Positions 48,551 to 57,948 of a stretch of DNA of 64,000 nucleotides are shown here, piece by piece. Within the stretch, counting starts at the first letter, position 1. The number at the start of each line of letters is the position of its first letter. A program made the position numbers and the translations under genes. The stretch spans positions 544,001-608,000 of the forward strand of contig CAVXLD010000001.1 in NCBI GenBank assembly GCA_963762565.1, given 5' to 3'. The notes below the pieces were generated by a model that saw only the letters and a list, made by a program, of their open reading frames with translations, did not search any database and was not told where the DNA came from. The DNA is from an uncultured Verrucomicrobiae bacterium (lineage in GTDB: Bacteria > Verrucomicrobiota > Verrucomicrobiia > Chthoniobacterales > JAFAMB01).

Positions 48551-50980
48551 TTATTCGCGTAGGGCCGTGATCGGGTTAACTCGCACGGCCCGCAAGGCTG
48601 GCAGGAGACAGGCTAACAAAGCAGTCGTGCTAAGCACGACGATCGCAATCAATAGCGAGAGCGGATCAGTCGGCGATACCCCGTACAGCAGGGTGGTCAT
48701 TACACGGGACAGGGCCAGCGCGGCCATAACACCAATCACAAGCCCAATCCCGGCTAGTTTCAGTCCGCGGCGTATCACAAGCCGCAAAATGTCAGCCGGG
48801 CGAGCGCCAACCGCTTTTCGGATACCGATCTCGCGGGTTCGTTGGCTAACCGCGTACGCCAAAACTCCATACAAGCCAATCGCGGAGAGGAACAAGGTAG
48901 CCCCGGAAAAGAAGCCGACCATTAGGATGCCGAGGCGTCGAATTCCAAATTTCTTCGTGATCAACTCGCTCAATGTACCGATCTTGGCCAGAGGAACATC
49001 CGGGTCAGCGGACGCAATAGCAGAACGGATGCTAGACGTCAGTGCCAGAGGATCACCCGCTGAACGCACAGTCAGGATTCCAAAGCTATATTCGGTCTCT
49101 TGACCGGATGCCAAATACGCATGAAACGGCGCCGGCTGAAAGTCAGGAGCATTATATCGGACATCTGAGGCAACCCCGATAACGCTGTATGACCGGTCGC
49201 CGGTCCAACCACCAATTCTTATTTGTTTCCCAAGCGGATTCTCATTCCGAAAGAGTTTCTGGGCCAACGATTCACCCAAAATCACAACCGGCTGGCTGGA
49301 TAAGGTATCTTGGGTGTTGAAGTCGCGACCTTGCAACAGCGGAACTCTCAGCGTTCGAAAATAGCCCGGTGATACGCCATGTCCGTCTAGCGTGGGCCGA
49401 CGGCCAGGCCCCGGGTCGGGCTGGCCCACCACATAGAATGGACTAGCCCAATAAACGAAATTCCAATAAAAAGGCGGGTAATCGCTAACCGCCGCTTCCG
49501 TGACCCCCGGGAGCCGGCGAATCTTCTGTAATACCGAGTCCCAGAAGGCCTGCATCGCTCCATCGTTTCCTCGATATTTTGTGCTCGTGAGATAGAGTTC
49601 GCCGGTAAGAATATTCCCCGGATCAAAGCCGAGCGGCAAATCCTGCGTCGCTTTAAGACTACGGGCAAGCAACCCGGTACCAACCAGCAAGACGCAGGTT
49701 GCGGCCATCTGTGCGATTATCAAGATTGACTGCGCGTGTTGCCTCTGCGGCCCAGCCGTGCCAGTTCTACCGGTCTCTTGAGTCAGAGTTGAAGAAACAT
49801 TCGCCTTGGAAAGACTCCGAGCAGGCAAACAGCCGGAAATTAACGATGCCAGCGCAGTAACTCCCAGCACAAACAGCAACGCTTCACCATTGAGCGTTAC
49901 ACCTTCAAAGCGATACTGCATGTAATACAAGTCGTGCGGAACCAAAGCTTTGACGGCTCCAATTGTCCAAAAAGCAACTACTAGACCGCCAATTCCTCCG
50001 ATAAATGAGAGGCATATAGTCTCTCTGAGAAGCTCTGCTGCCAGCCGTAAACGGCTCGCACCGAGGGCGGCTCGAACCGCCATTTCTCTTCGCCGATCCA
50101 AGGCTCGAGCAAATAAAAGATTGGCAACGTTGGCGCATGAGACCAACAACAGGCCCGCAGCAGCTGCGCTAACCAACCAAATCGTTTGTGAGAATCCAGC
50201 CACCAGATTATCAATCGGCCTTATTACCCGTATGCCATAACCTTTATCGGTATCCGGATACTCACTACTTAGCCTAGCCTGGATAACGCTCAAGTCAGCC
50301 TCCGCATCAGCAACATTTATTCCGTCCTTTAGCCGACCGATCCCAGTCCCTATATGTCTGTCCCGTTTCCACGGGTCGGAGTCGACCCGTTCAATTGTAG
50401 TAATTGGAACGTATACGTCGCACGAAGCCCAATAGTTGACCTGGGCCGGCACGACTCCGATTACTTCGAAGCTCACACCGTCGAGGATTAGATTCTCACC
50501 CACGACCTTTGGATCGGAGTTGAATCGGGTTCGCCAGAATTGCTCGTTCAGGACCGCGACCAATGGCCCACCTTTCACTTCCTCCGCCGAGGTAAACACG
50601 CGGCCGAGAATTGGCGGAAGCGCGCTTACCTCAAACATGCTCGCCGATACAAAATCGGTGTTGAGCCGCTGAGCGTCGCCCTTACCCGTCAGGTCTACAA
50701 GTCCACTGCAGACGAACGCAAGGCTTTCACAGGTATGTTGAGCGGCAGCCATATCCAGGTAATCGGGATAATCGAGCGCGTTCTCCTTCCCTTGGTCCGT
50801 CAGATAATACTGTATGAGTCGATCTGGCTTTGGGTACGAGAATGGCCTTAGTAAAACCCCATCGATGACGCTAAACATGGCCGCGGTCGTACCAATACCG
50901 AGGCTTAAAACTAAGACCGCCGTAATGGTAAATCCCGGCGACTTGAGAAGTGGACGGATTGTGTGGCGAAGGGGGAACAT
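48551..50980 (-). CDS. Duplicated MacB/FtsX-type ABC permease (ADOP-like), copy E
   Basis: 'KSPGFT', 'CANVANLL..RRREMAVRAALGA', 'LGFDP', '[18 protein letters not shown]', 'NPITALRE'. Confidence 0.92.
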   Translation of the reverse strand: MFPLRHTIRPLLKSPGFTITAVLVLSLGIGTTAAMFSVIDGVLLRPFSYPKPDRLIQYYLTDQGKENALDYPDYLDMAAAQHTCESLAFVCSGLVDLTGKGDAQRLNTDFVSASMFEVSALPPILGRVFTSAEEVKGGPLVAVLNEQFWRTRFNSDPKVVGENLILDGVSFEVIGVVPAQVNYWASCDVYVPITTIERVDSDPWKRDRHIGTGIGRLKDGINVADAEADLSVIQARLSSEYPDTDKGYGIRVIRPIDNLVAGFSQTIWLVSAAAAGLLLVSCANVANLLFARALDRRREMAVRAALGASRLRLAAELLRETICLSFIGGIGGLVVAFWTIGAVKALVPHDLYYMQYRFEGVTLNGEALLFVLGVTALASLISGCLPARSLSKANVSSTLTQETGRTGTAGPQRQHAQSILIIAQMAATCVLLVGTGLLARSLKATQDLPLGFDPGNILTGELYLTSTKYRGNDGAMQAFWDSVLQKIRRLPGVTEAAVSDYPPFYWNFVYWASPFYVVGQPDPGPGRRPTLDGHGVSPGYFRTLRVPLLQGRDFNTQDTLSSQPVVILGESLAQKLFRNENPLGKQIRIGGWTGDRSYSVIGVASDVRYNAPDFQPAPFHAYLASGQETEYSFGILTVRSAGDPLALTSSIRSAIASADPDVPLAKIGTLSELITKKFGIRRLGILMVGFFSGATLFLSAIGLYGVLAYAVSQRTREIGIRKAVGARPADILRLVIRRGLKLAGIGLVIGVMAALALSRVMTTLLYGVSPTDPLSLLIAIVVLSTTALLACLLPALRAVRVNPITALRE

Positions 50981-51156
50981 GGAGCAGTGAGAGGTGATTA
51001 GTGATTGGTGATTTGTGATTGGTAGAGGAGCTAGGATCTAGGAGCTAGGAGTCTTACTGTTCTAGTCGATCCTCTTCGCGATCTTCGCGGCCTTGTTGTG
51101 GTTGTATTTTTTTTTGCGCTTTTTGTGCCTTTTTGCGGCTATTCTTTCTGGCTTTG
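50981..51156. repeat. Composite spacer of stacked micro-repeat arms
   Basis: GTGATTR, GGAGCTA, CTTCGCG and TTTTTGYGC units in the same order as 52588-52783. Confidence 0.85.
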
Positions 51157-52587
51157 TTATTCACGCAGCGCGGTGATCGGGTTGGTTCTAGCAGCGCGCC
51201 ATGCTGGTAAGAGACACGCTAAGCCCCCGGTTAGAGTCAGTACGAGAATCGTCAAACCGAGTGTAACGGGATCATCCCCAGATACACCGTAAAGCAAGCT
51301 GTTAGTAAACCGTACTATCAGTAGTGAAATACAAAGCCCAGCGGCCAATCCTAAACCCACAATTTTTAATCCCTGCCCCATTACGAGCTGTACAATATTC
51401 AACGCCTGGGCCCCGACGGCGATGCGTACGCCGATTTCACGGCGTCGTTGGGTAACCGAGTAGGCTAGCACTCCATATAATCCGATTGCGGACAAAAAGA
51501 GTGCAAAACCAGAGAACGAACTCACTAACAAGGTACTGAGCCGTCGAGTCGTCAACTTAGCTTCGATCCAGTCATCAAAGGCGCCAACCTTGGATAGAGC
51601 CACGGTAGGATCGACCGACGCGACGGCCGCCCGAATAGCGGGTACCATCGCCAATGGATCACCCTCCGTCCGCACCAACAGCGTTCCGTCGCGTAACCAG
51701 GCAGGAAAAGGATGATAAGCTTGAAATTCCGTTACTCGCACGCCCGGACTATCATGAGCCACATGTTTGGTGACACCGACTATCGTAAAGTACTCTCTCG
51801 GGAAGCCGTAACGATCGCTAAAGTCGTGAATCTGTTTTCCGATTGGATCCTGGCCCGGGAAGAAGCGATCGGCGATGATCTGGTCGATAATCACGACATT
51901 CGGATCCTTTCGCATGTCGTTCTCTTCAAAATCGCGGCCGGCGATTAATGGTATCTTCAAGGTTTTGAAGTAGTCAGGGCTTACTACCTGCCATTCGTAA
52001 GCTGGTTCTTCGCCCGGTTTCGGATCTGGTTGTCCCGGGATGCCGAAGCGTACGACCTCGCTCCAGTTATTAAACGGGGGGTTTGGATTTAGGGCGGCGG
52101 CAGTAACTCCGGGCTGGCTGCGTACCGTAACGAGCAGGTCTTTAAAGAATTTGAGGCTTCGCCCGTCTTTACCGTAGCGGACACCGGCCAATTCAATTTT
52201 AGCCGCGAGCAGATGGTGCGGATCAAAGCCGAGCGACATCGTCTCCGATGCTTGAAGGCTCCGAGCCAGGAGCCCAGCTCCTATCATGAGAACGCAGGCA
52301 ATGCCTACTTGGGCTATTGCAGCCAGATCTTCGAAGCTGCTTTGAGTCCGACAGAAGTCCTGATAATCGGGATAGTCAAACCAGGTCCATGGTGCGTTAG
52401 GAATCTCTTGATAGATCTGTACTAACCGCTCCGCGTGCGGATAAGGCAGCGGTTTCAGCAGCACCGCGTCGACCAAACTGAAGATCGCCGTATTGGTGCC
52501 GATGCCGAAGCCGAGGATTAGGATCGCGGTGATCGAGAAGCCTGGCGATTTGAGTAGGAGGCGGAGTGTGTAGCGGAGGGGGAACAC
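51157..52587 (-). pseudogene. ADOP-like permease copy D with an in-frame internal deletion of about 333 codons
   Basis: 476 aa versus about 810 aa for paralogues; '..[18 protein letters not shown]..' joins early periplasmic domain 1 to the start of repeat 2. Confidence 0.8.
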
Positions 52588-52783
52588 GGGGCAGTGAGAG
52601 GTGATTCGTGATTAGTGATTGGTCCAAGCGCTACGAGCCAGAGTCTAGGAGCTAGGAGTCGTACTGGTCTAGTTGGTCGTCTTCGCGATCTTTGTGGCCT
52701 TGCGGTGGTTAAATTCTTGCTCTTTTTGTGCCTTTTTGCGGCTGTTTCCTATTTGATTATTGGCTATTTGTCATGTGCTCGCG
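52588..52783. repeat. Composite spacer homologous to 50981-51156
   Basis: gcagtgagaggtgatt..tctaggagctaggagtc.tactg.tctagt..tcttcgcgatctt..ggccttg..tttttgtgcctttttgcggct. Confidence 0.85.
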
Positions 52784-55228
52784 TCATTCGCGCAGCGCGG
52801 TAACCGGGTTAATGCGGATGGCTCGTAGGGCCGGTAATAGGCAAGCGGTCGCGGCTGCCAGACCAAGCACTAGAACTGTTACTCCCAACGTGACTGGATC
52901 AGCCGGCGATACCTGATAGAGCATGCTCTGAATTAGACGGGTTGAGAGCAGGGCAATGCCGACGCCCATCATTAGCCCTACGAGCACCAAACTGAATCCG
53001 CGCCGGGCGACTAATTTTAAGATATTGCTGGGTTGAGCACCCAGACTGATCCGGATTCCGATCTCACGCGTTTTCTGACGAACCGAATAAGCTAAGAGGC
53101 CGTACAGACCGATCGCAGACAAAAACAAGGCTACCCCGGAAAACAATCCGACTAACAAAACGCCGACTCGTCTGGTGCTAAACCGGCTGGCAATCCGTTC
53201 TTCGAATAGTCCTATCTTGGATACAGGAACATCGGGATCAATCGAAGCCGCCAATCTTCGTACGCCAGACACCAAAGCGGCTGGATCACCAGCCACTCTG
53301 ACTAGAAGTTGGCCATAGCGAGCGAAGCTATAGGGAAAATAGATTTGGAAAACGGCTTGCGGAACATCTGGGCTATCGTGGCGGCTGTTGGCGACGACCC
53401 CAACAATCGTGTAGTAATGGACGGGTTCACCGAATCGCGAGTAGGTATCGCGAATCTGTTTCCCGAGCGGATTTTCGCCTGGGAAAAAGCGCTCTGCCAG
53501 CGCCTGATCGACAATGGCGACCTTCTTTTCGTGATATTCGTCTTCCGCAGTGACGTCACGTCCGGTCAGCAAAGGAATCCCCATGGTTTGAAAGTATCCT
53601 GGAGTGATTGATTGGAATTCTGCCTTAGCAGCTTCTCCAAAATACGGATCAGGGTGACCGGCTATTCCGAAAGGTTCGACGATGTTCCAAGCTAAATTGA
53701 ACGGCGGATCATTGGCTATGGACGCACCGATCACCGCCGGCATCAGGCGAACCTTTTCTAGCAACTGATCAAAAAAACGAGCGCCACGAGCTGGATCAGA
53801 GTCAAAATGAGCATCTTCTTGGGAAATTTCCGCGACTAAGAGATGACCTGGGTTGAACCCGAGTGGCACGCTTTGGGCCGCCTGATAGCTCCGAACCAAC
53901 AAGCCTGCTCCCATCAAAAGCGCGCAGGTAAAAGCGACCTGCCCAGCAATCAACATCGATTGTAGCAGCTGCCGAGGCCGTCCTACCGTGCCGGTCCGCC
54001 CAGCATCACACCGAAGCGCAGAATCTAGCTCCCCACCGGATAATCCCCAGGCTGGGATTAATCCAAACAATAGCGATACCGCAAGCGTGGCGGCCAATAC
54101 GAAAAGGAACGCCAACGGATCCAGACTTATCCTATGAAACCGGGTTAGGTCATCTTGAGGACACATCGCTTTGACTATGGATATCGCGCAGGAGGCTACG
54201 ATCAGACCAGCCGCGCCACCGAGCAGAACCAGGAGGCCATTCTCCAGAAGCAACTGAACAAGCAATTGTGATCGGCTGGCTCCAAGGGCAACGCGGACAG
54301 CAATTTCTTGGGACCGGTCCAGCCCTCTCACTAGGAGTAAGCCGGCCACATTCGCACAAGCGATCAACAACATACAGGCCACGGCGCCACCTAACAGCCA
54401 GAGAGTGCTTGCATAGTCACTCACCTGAGAATCCAGAATCGAACTGACTGAGATACCGTACCATTGGTTAGTCGCTGGATATTGCTTCGCCAACCGAGTG
54501 TTGATCACCTCGAGATCTGCTTCGGCTTCTGCTGCGCTCACGGCCTGTTTAAGGCGGCCGTAACAACCAAATATGTGCAGATCGCGCTCCGGTTTACCCC
54601 GATGTGGATCGTGGAAAGGAGGATCCAGTCCCAGCGGAGTAAAGAAATCTATCCTGGCGCTCCAATCGTCGACTGTCTCCGCGACCACTCCGATCACTTC
54701 GTAAATCTGACCGTCCATCGTGATGTGGGCACCGAGGATATTGGGATCCGCATCGAAAATGGATCTCCATATACGCTCGTTAATCACGACGACTGACGGT
54801 CCGCCCGGCTTTGCCTCCTTTTCAGTAAAGGGTCTTCCGAGGAGGAAAGGAGCTTGCAAAACATCGAAGAAACTTCCAGTCGCGGATTCGCCGAATAGCT
54901 GTTCCGAACCCTCTTTCGTTCGAAGATGGAAGCTACGATAGTAAATCAGGCTAAGGCTCACGAAACTGTGCTGAGTTGCACAGATCTCCTCGTAGTCTGG
55001 GTAATCCATCCCTCCCCATTTAGCCCCCGGCGAGGGCATGTTGATCTGCAGCAACTGATCCGCGTCCGCAAATGGTAGAGGCCTAAGTAAAATCGCATTG
55101 ATCAGACTAAAGATCGCCGTATTAGCTCCGATACCAAAGCTAAGGATCAGGATCGCGGTGATGGTAAAACCCGGCGATTTGAGCAGGAGGCGGAGCGTGT
55201 GATGGAGATGTGAAGTTAGGCTTCGCAT
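52784..55228 (-). CDS. ADOP-like permease copy C
   Basis: Same motifs as copy E; 814 aa. Confidence 0.92.
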   Translation of the reverse strand: MRSLTSHLHHTLRLLLKSPGFTITAILILSFGIGANTAIFSLINAILLRPLPFADADQLLQINMPSPGAKWGGMDYPDYEEICATQHSFVSLSLIYYRSFHLRTKEGSEQLFGESATGSFFDVLQAPFLLGRPFTEKEAKPGGPSVVVINERIWRSIFDADPNILGAHITMDGQIYEVIGVVAETVDDWSARIDFFTPLGLDPPFHDPHRGKPERDLHIFGCYGRLKQAVSAAEAEADLEVINTRLAKQYPATNQWYGISVSSILDSQVSDYASTLWLLGGAVACMLLIACANVAGLLLVRGLDRSQEIAVRVALGASRSQLLVQLLLENGLLVLLGGAAGLIVASCAISIVKAMCPQDDLTRFHRISLDPLAFLFVLAATLAVSLLFGLIPAWGLSGGELDSALRCDAGRTGTVGRPRQLLQSMLIAGQVAFTCALLMGAGLLVRSYQAAQSVPLGFNPGHLLVAEISQEDAHFDSDPARGARFFDQLLEKVRLMPAVIGASIANDPPFNLAWNIVEPFGIAGHPDPYFGEAAKAEFQSITPGYFQTMGIPLLTGRDVTAEDEYHEKKVAIVDQALAERFFPGENPLGKQIRDTYSRFGEPVHYYTIVGVVANSRHDSPDVPQAVFQIYFPYSFARYGQLLVRVAGDPAALVSGVRRLAASIDPDVPVSKIGLFEERIASRFSTRRVGVLLVGLFSGVALFLSAIGLYGLLAYSVRQKTREIGIRISLGAQPSNILKLVARRGFSLVLVGLMMGVGIALLSTRLIQSMLYQVSPADPVTLGVTVLVLGLAAATACLLPALRAIRINPVTALRE

Positions 55229-55242
55229 TCAGTTTAGAATTG

Positions 55243-55341
55243 ATTTACCACAGAGACACGGAGGACACCGAGACAGATCTTCCAAATGGGTTAGATCTTG
55301 GGGTGTCCGATCTTTGCGCACTCTGTGTCTCTGTGGTGAAT
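55243..55341. repeat. Inverted CACAGAGACAC element
   Basis: tttaccacagagacacggaggacaccgaga ... tctttgcgcactctgtgtctctgtggtgaa. Confidence 0.88.
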
Positions 55342-55354
55342 TTTGGTTTTTCAA

Positions 55355-57781
55355 TCACTCGCGCAGGACTGTGACTGGGTTGACTCGGATGGCTCGCAGC
55401 GCTGGCAACAAGCATGCGAGTAGCGCAGCGAAAGAGAGCACGACGATGCTGGCGGCAATCGTGATTGGATCGTTACCGCTAACGCCATAGAGCAGACTTC
55501 CCAGGAATTGGCTCAAGACCGACGCAGTGAGTACACCGGCAACGACTCCTATCCCAACCATTTTGAAGCCCTGTTTCAGGACGAGGTTCACGATATGATG
55601 CCGCAAGGCGCCTACCGCAATTCGCACCCCAATTTCAGGAGTTTGGCGAGTCACTGAATAAGCCAAAACTCCGTACAAGCCGACGGCGGCCAAAAGTAAA
55701 GCAGTCCCGGAAAAGATGCTCACTACGAGCGCCACTAATTTTCGCATCGAAAGTGCCCGTGAAATGAAGTTAGAAAAAGTATCGACTCTTGCCAACGGCA
55801 CGTCAGGATCGATTGAGGCAACGGCTTGTCGCAAGGCCGGCAGTAATCCTGACGGATCTCCATCTGATCGTACGAGTAAGATTTCGTAATGAGTGAACTG
55901 CTGATAACAAGGGAAATAACCAGCGAACTTGCGCGAATGATTCGGGCCGCCGTGTCGCATGTCTTGTACAACACCGACGATCGTGTACCGCTTTTGCGAC
56001 ATGTAAGAACCGGGTACCTCGATCTGTTCGCCGATCGCGCTCTGGCCTGGGAAAAAGGTGCCGGCCAGTGCGTGATTAACTATGACTACCCCTTGGCTAT
56101 TGCGCGCGTCGCCTTCGTTGAAATCCCGCCCCTCAATTATCGGGGTCTCTACCGTATGAAAATACCCAGGCGAAATGTTTTGGGCGTTCAAAGTCGGTTC
56201 ATGACCGGGCTCAACTTGCGTCTGTTCAGGAACGATGAACGGGTCATACCCGCCGCCCTCCGAGTTAACAAAGGGCGGGTCGTCACTTAACGCTGCAGAC
56301 GTAACGCCCGGCACCTGCGACACTTTTTGTAAGACGGCTTTAAAGAAAGCGTCCGCTTGCGATTGTTCTTTATACTTCGCGTTCCCCAGGTTGATTTCGG
56401 CAGCAAGCAAGTAATCGGGATTGAACCCCAGCGGAATGCTCTGCGCTGCCTCGAAACTCCGAACCAGTAGCCCAGTACCAATTAGCAATACGCAAGCCAA
56501 TGCTACCTGGCTCATCATCATCACTGATTGCATTCGGCTGCGCTGCGGCCCGGCCGTGCGGTTTCGGCTGCCTGAACCCCTAAGCACCGCCGCTACCTCT
56601 GTCTTTGACGAAATAAAGGCCGGGAAGAGCCCCGATAAAAGAGCGGTCAGCGTAATAGCCCCGGCACAGAACAAAAGTGCTTGGGAACTAAGAGAAAGAT
56701 CAGAGACCCGGTTTAAGTCCGCAGGGCTGATCCGCTTTATCAATTGGATTGCCCCTACCGCTAAGGGTATCCCAACCCATCCGCCGGCCAGTGAAAGAAG
56801 TGCGCTCTCGAGGATTAAATGACTAATGAGGCGGAAGCGAGACGCTCCCATGGCGGCTCGAATGGTTAGATCGCGTTGTCGATCCGATGCTCTGGACACA
56901 AGTAGAGTTGCGACGTTTGTGCTCGAAAGCAGAAGCAGGAAAGCCGCTGCCGCGCCCAAAACCCAAAGAGTCGTCGCATAGTCAGATACCTCAGCTTGCA
57001 GAATGCTCTCCAGACGAACCCCGTTACCCTTGTCTTCTGGGTACCGAGCGGCCAGGTCATTGGTGATTATTTTAAGATCCGCCTCAGCCTGCGCCAGCGT
57101 GACGCCCTCCTTCAGCCGACCGAAACACGTAAAGACACCATAGTCACGGTTCCGCCACGCGTCCCAGCCAGAAATGACGTCAGCCGTATTCAGCGGCAAC
57201 AAAATTCTCGGAGGCTCGCTGTATTCGCTATAGAATGCTTTTATCACTCCGACGACCTCAAAGCCGACACCATTGAGAACAATGTTCTTGCCAAGGATAT
57301 TGGGATCGGCGTTAAATCGGCTCCTCCAGAGCGGTTCCGTGAGCACCGCTACGGCTGGTCCTCCGGGCTGATCCTCCTCGGCGGTAAATGGTCTCCCTAA
57401 AATGAACGGCAGGCCGTAAGCTTGAAACGCGCTTGCGGTATCAAATGCAGCCCTAACCTGTTCTGTTCTGCCGTCGGCACTCAGGTTGATCGAGTCCCAA
57501 TGTTCCAGCGCCAGCGTAACGAAAGAGTTCTGTGCCCGGCAGTAATCAAGAAAATCGGGATAGCCGAAGTACCCATAGTAGACGTTTTGAGCCGGGTTCG
57601 TCCTAATCACTTCTACTAACCTGTCCGGTTCTGGATACGGCAGAGGCTTCAGCAGCACAGCATCGATTAGACTAAAGATGGCTGTGTTCGCCCCGATACC
57701 GAACCCGAGCACCAGCACTGCGGTGATAGTGAACCCGGGTGATTTGAGCAGAAGTCGGAGCGTGTGGCGCAAGGCAGACAT
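55355..57781 (-). CDS. ADOP-like permease copy B
   Basis: Same motifs; close paralogue of copy A. Confidence 0.92.
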   Translation of the reverse strand: MSALRHTLRLLLKSPGFTITAVLVLGFGIGANTAIFSLIDAVLLKPLPYPEPDRLVEVIRTNPAQNVYYGYFGYPDFLDYCRAQNSFVTLALEHWDSINLSADGRTEQVRAAFDTASAFQAYGLPFILGRPFTAEEDQPGGPAVAVLTEPLWRSRFNADPNILGKNIVLNGVGFEVVGVIKAFYSEYSEPPRILLPLNTADVISGWDAWRNRDYGVFTCFGRLKEGVTLAQAEADLKIITNDLAARYPEDKGNGVRLESILQAEVSDYATTLWVLGAAAAFLLLLSSTNVATLLVSRASDRQRDLTIRAAMGASRFRLISHLILESALLSLAGGWVGIPLAVGAIQLIKRISPADLNRVSDLSLSSQALLFCAGAITLTALLSGLFPAFISSKTEVAAVLRGSGSRNRTAGPQRSRMQSVMMMSQVALACVLLIGTGLLVRSFEAAQSIPLGFNPDYLLAAEINLGNAKYKEQSQADAFFKAVLQKVSQVPGVTSAALSDDPPFVNSEGGGYDPFIVPEQTQVEPGHEPTLNAQNISPGYFHTVETPIIEGRDFNEGDARNSQGVVIVNHALAGTFFPGQSAIGEQIEVPGSYMSQKRYTIVGVVQDMRHGGPNHSRKFAGYFPCYQQFTHYEILLVRSDGDPSGLLPALRQAVASIDPDVPLARVDTFSNFISRALSMRKLVALVVSIFSGTALLLAAVGLYGVLAYSVTRQTPEIGVRIAVGALRHHIVNLVLKQGFKMVGIGVVAGVLTASVLSQFLGSLLYGVSGNDPITIAASIVVLSFAALLACLLPALRAIRVNPVTVLRE

Positions 57782-57948
57782 GGTGAAAGGTGAGAAGTGA
57801 AAGGTGAAAGGAAAGTAGTCAGTAGGTCAGTAATCAGTAACAGACAGGAGCTAGGAGTTAGCAGTCGTATTTCTTTGCGATCTTTGCACTCTTTCGCGGC
57901 TATTCCTTCTTGGCTATCGGCTATTGGCTATTGGTCATGCGCGCAGCG
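57782..57948. repeat. Composite spacer of stacked micro-repeat arms
   Basis: GGTGAAA/GTGAGAA, TCAGTAR, GGAGCTA, CTTTGCG and GGCTATY units. Confidence 0.8.
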
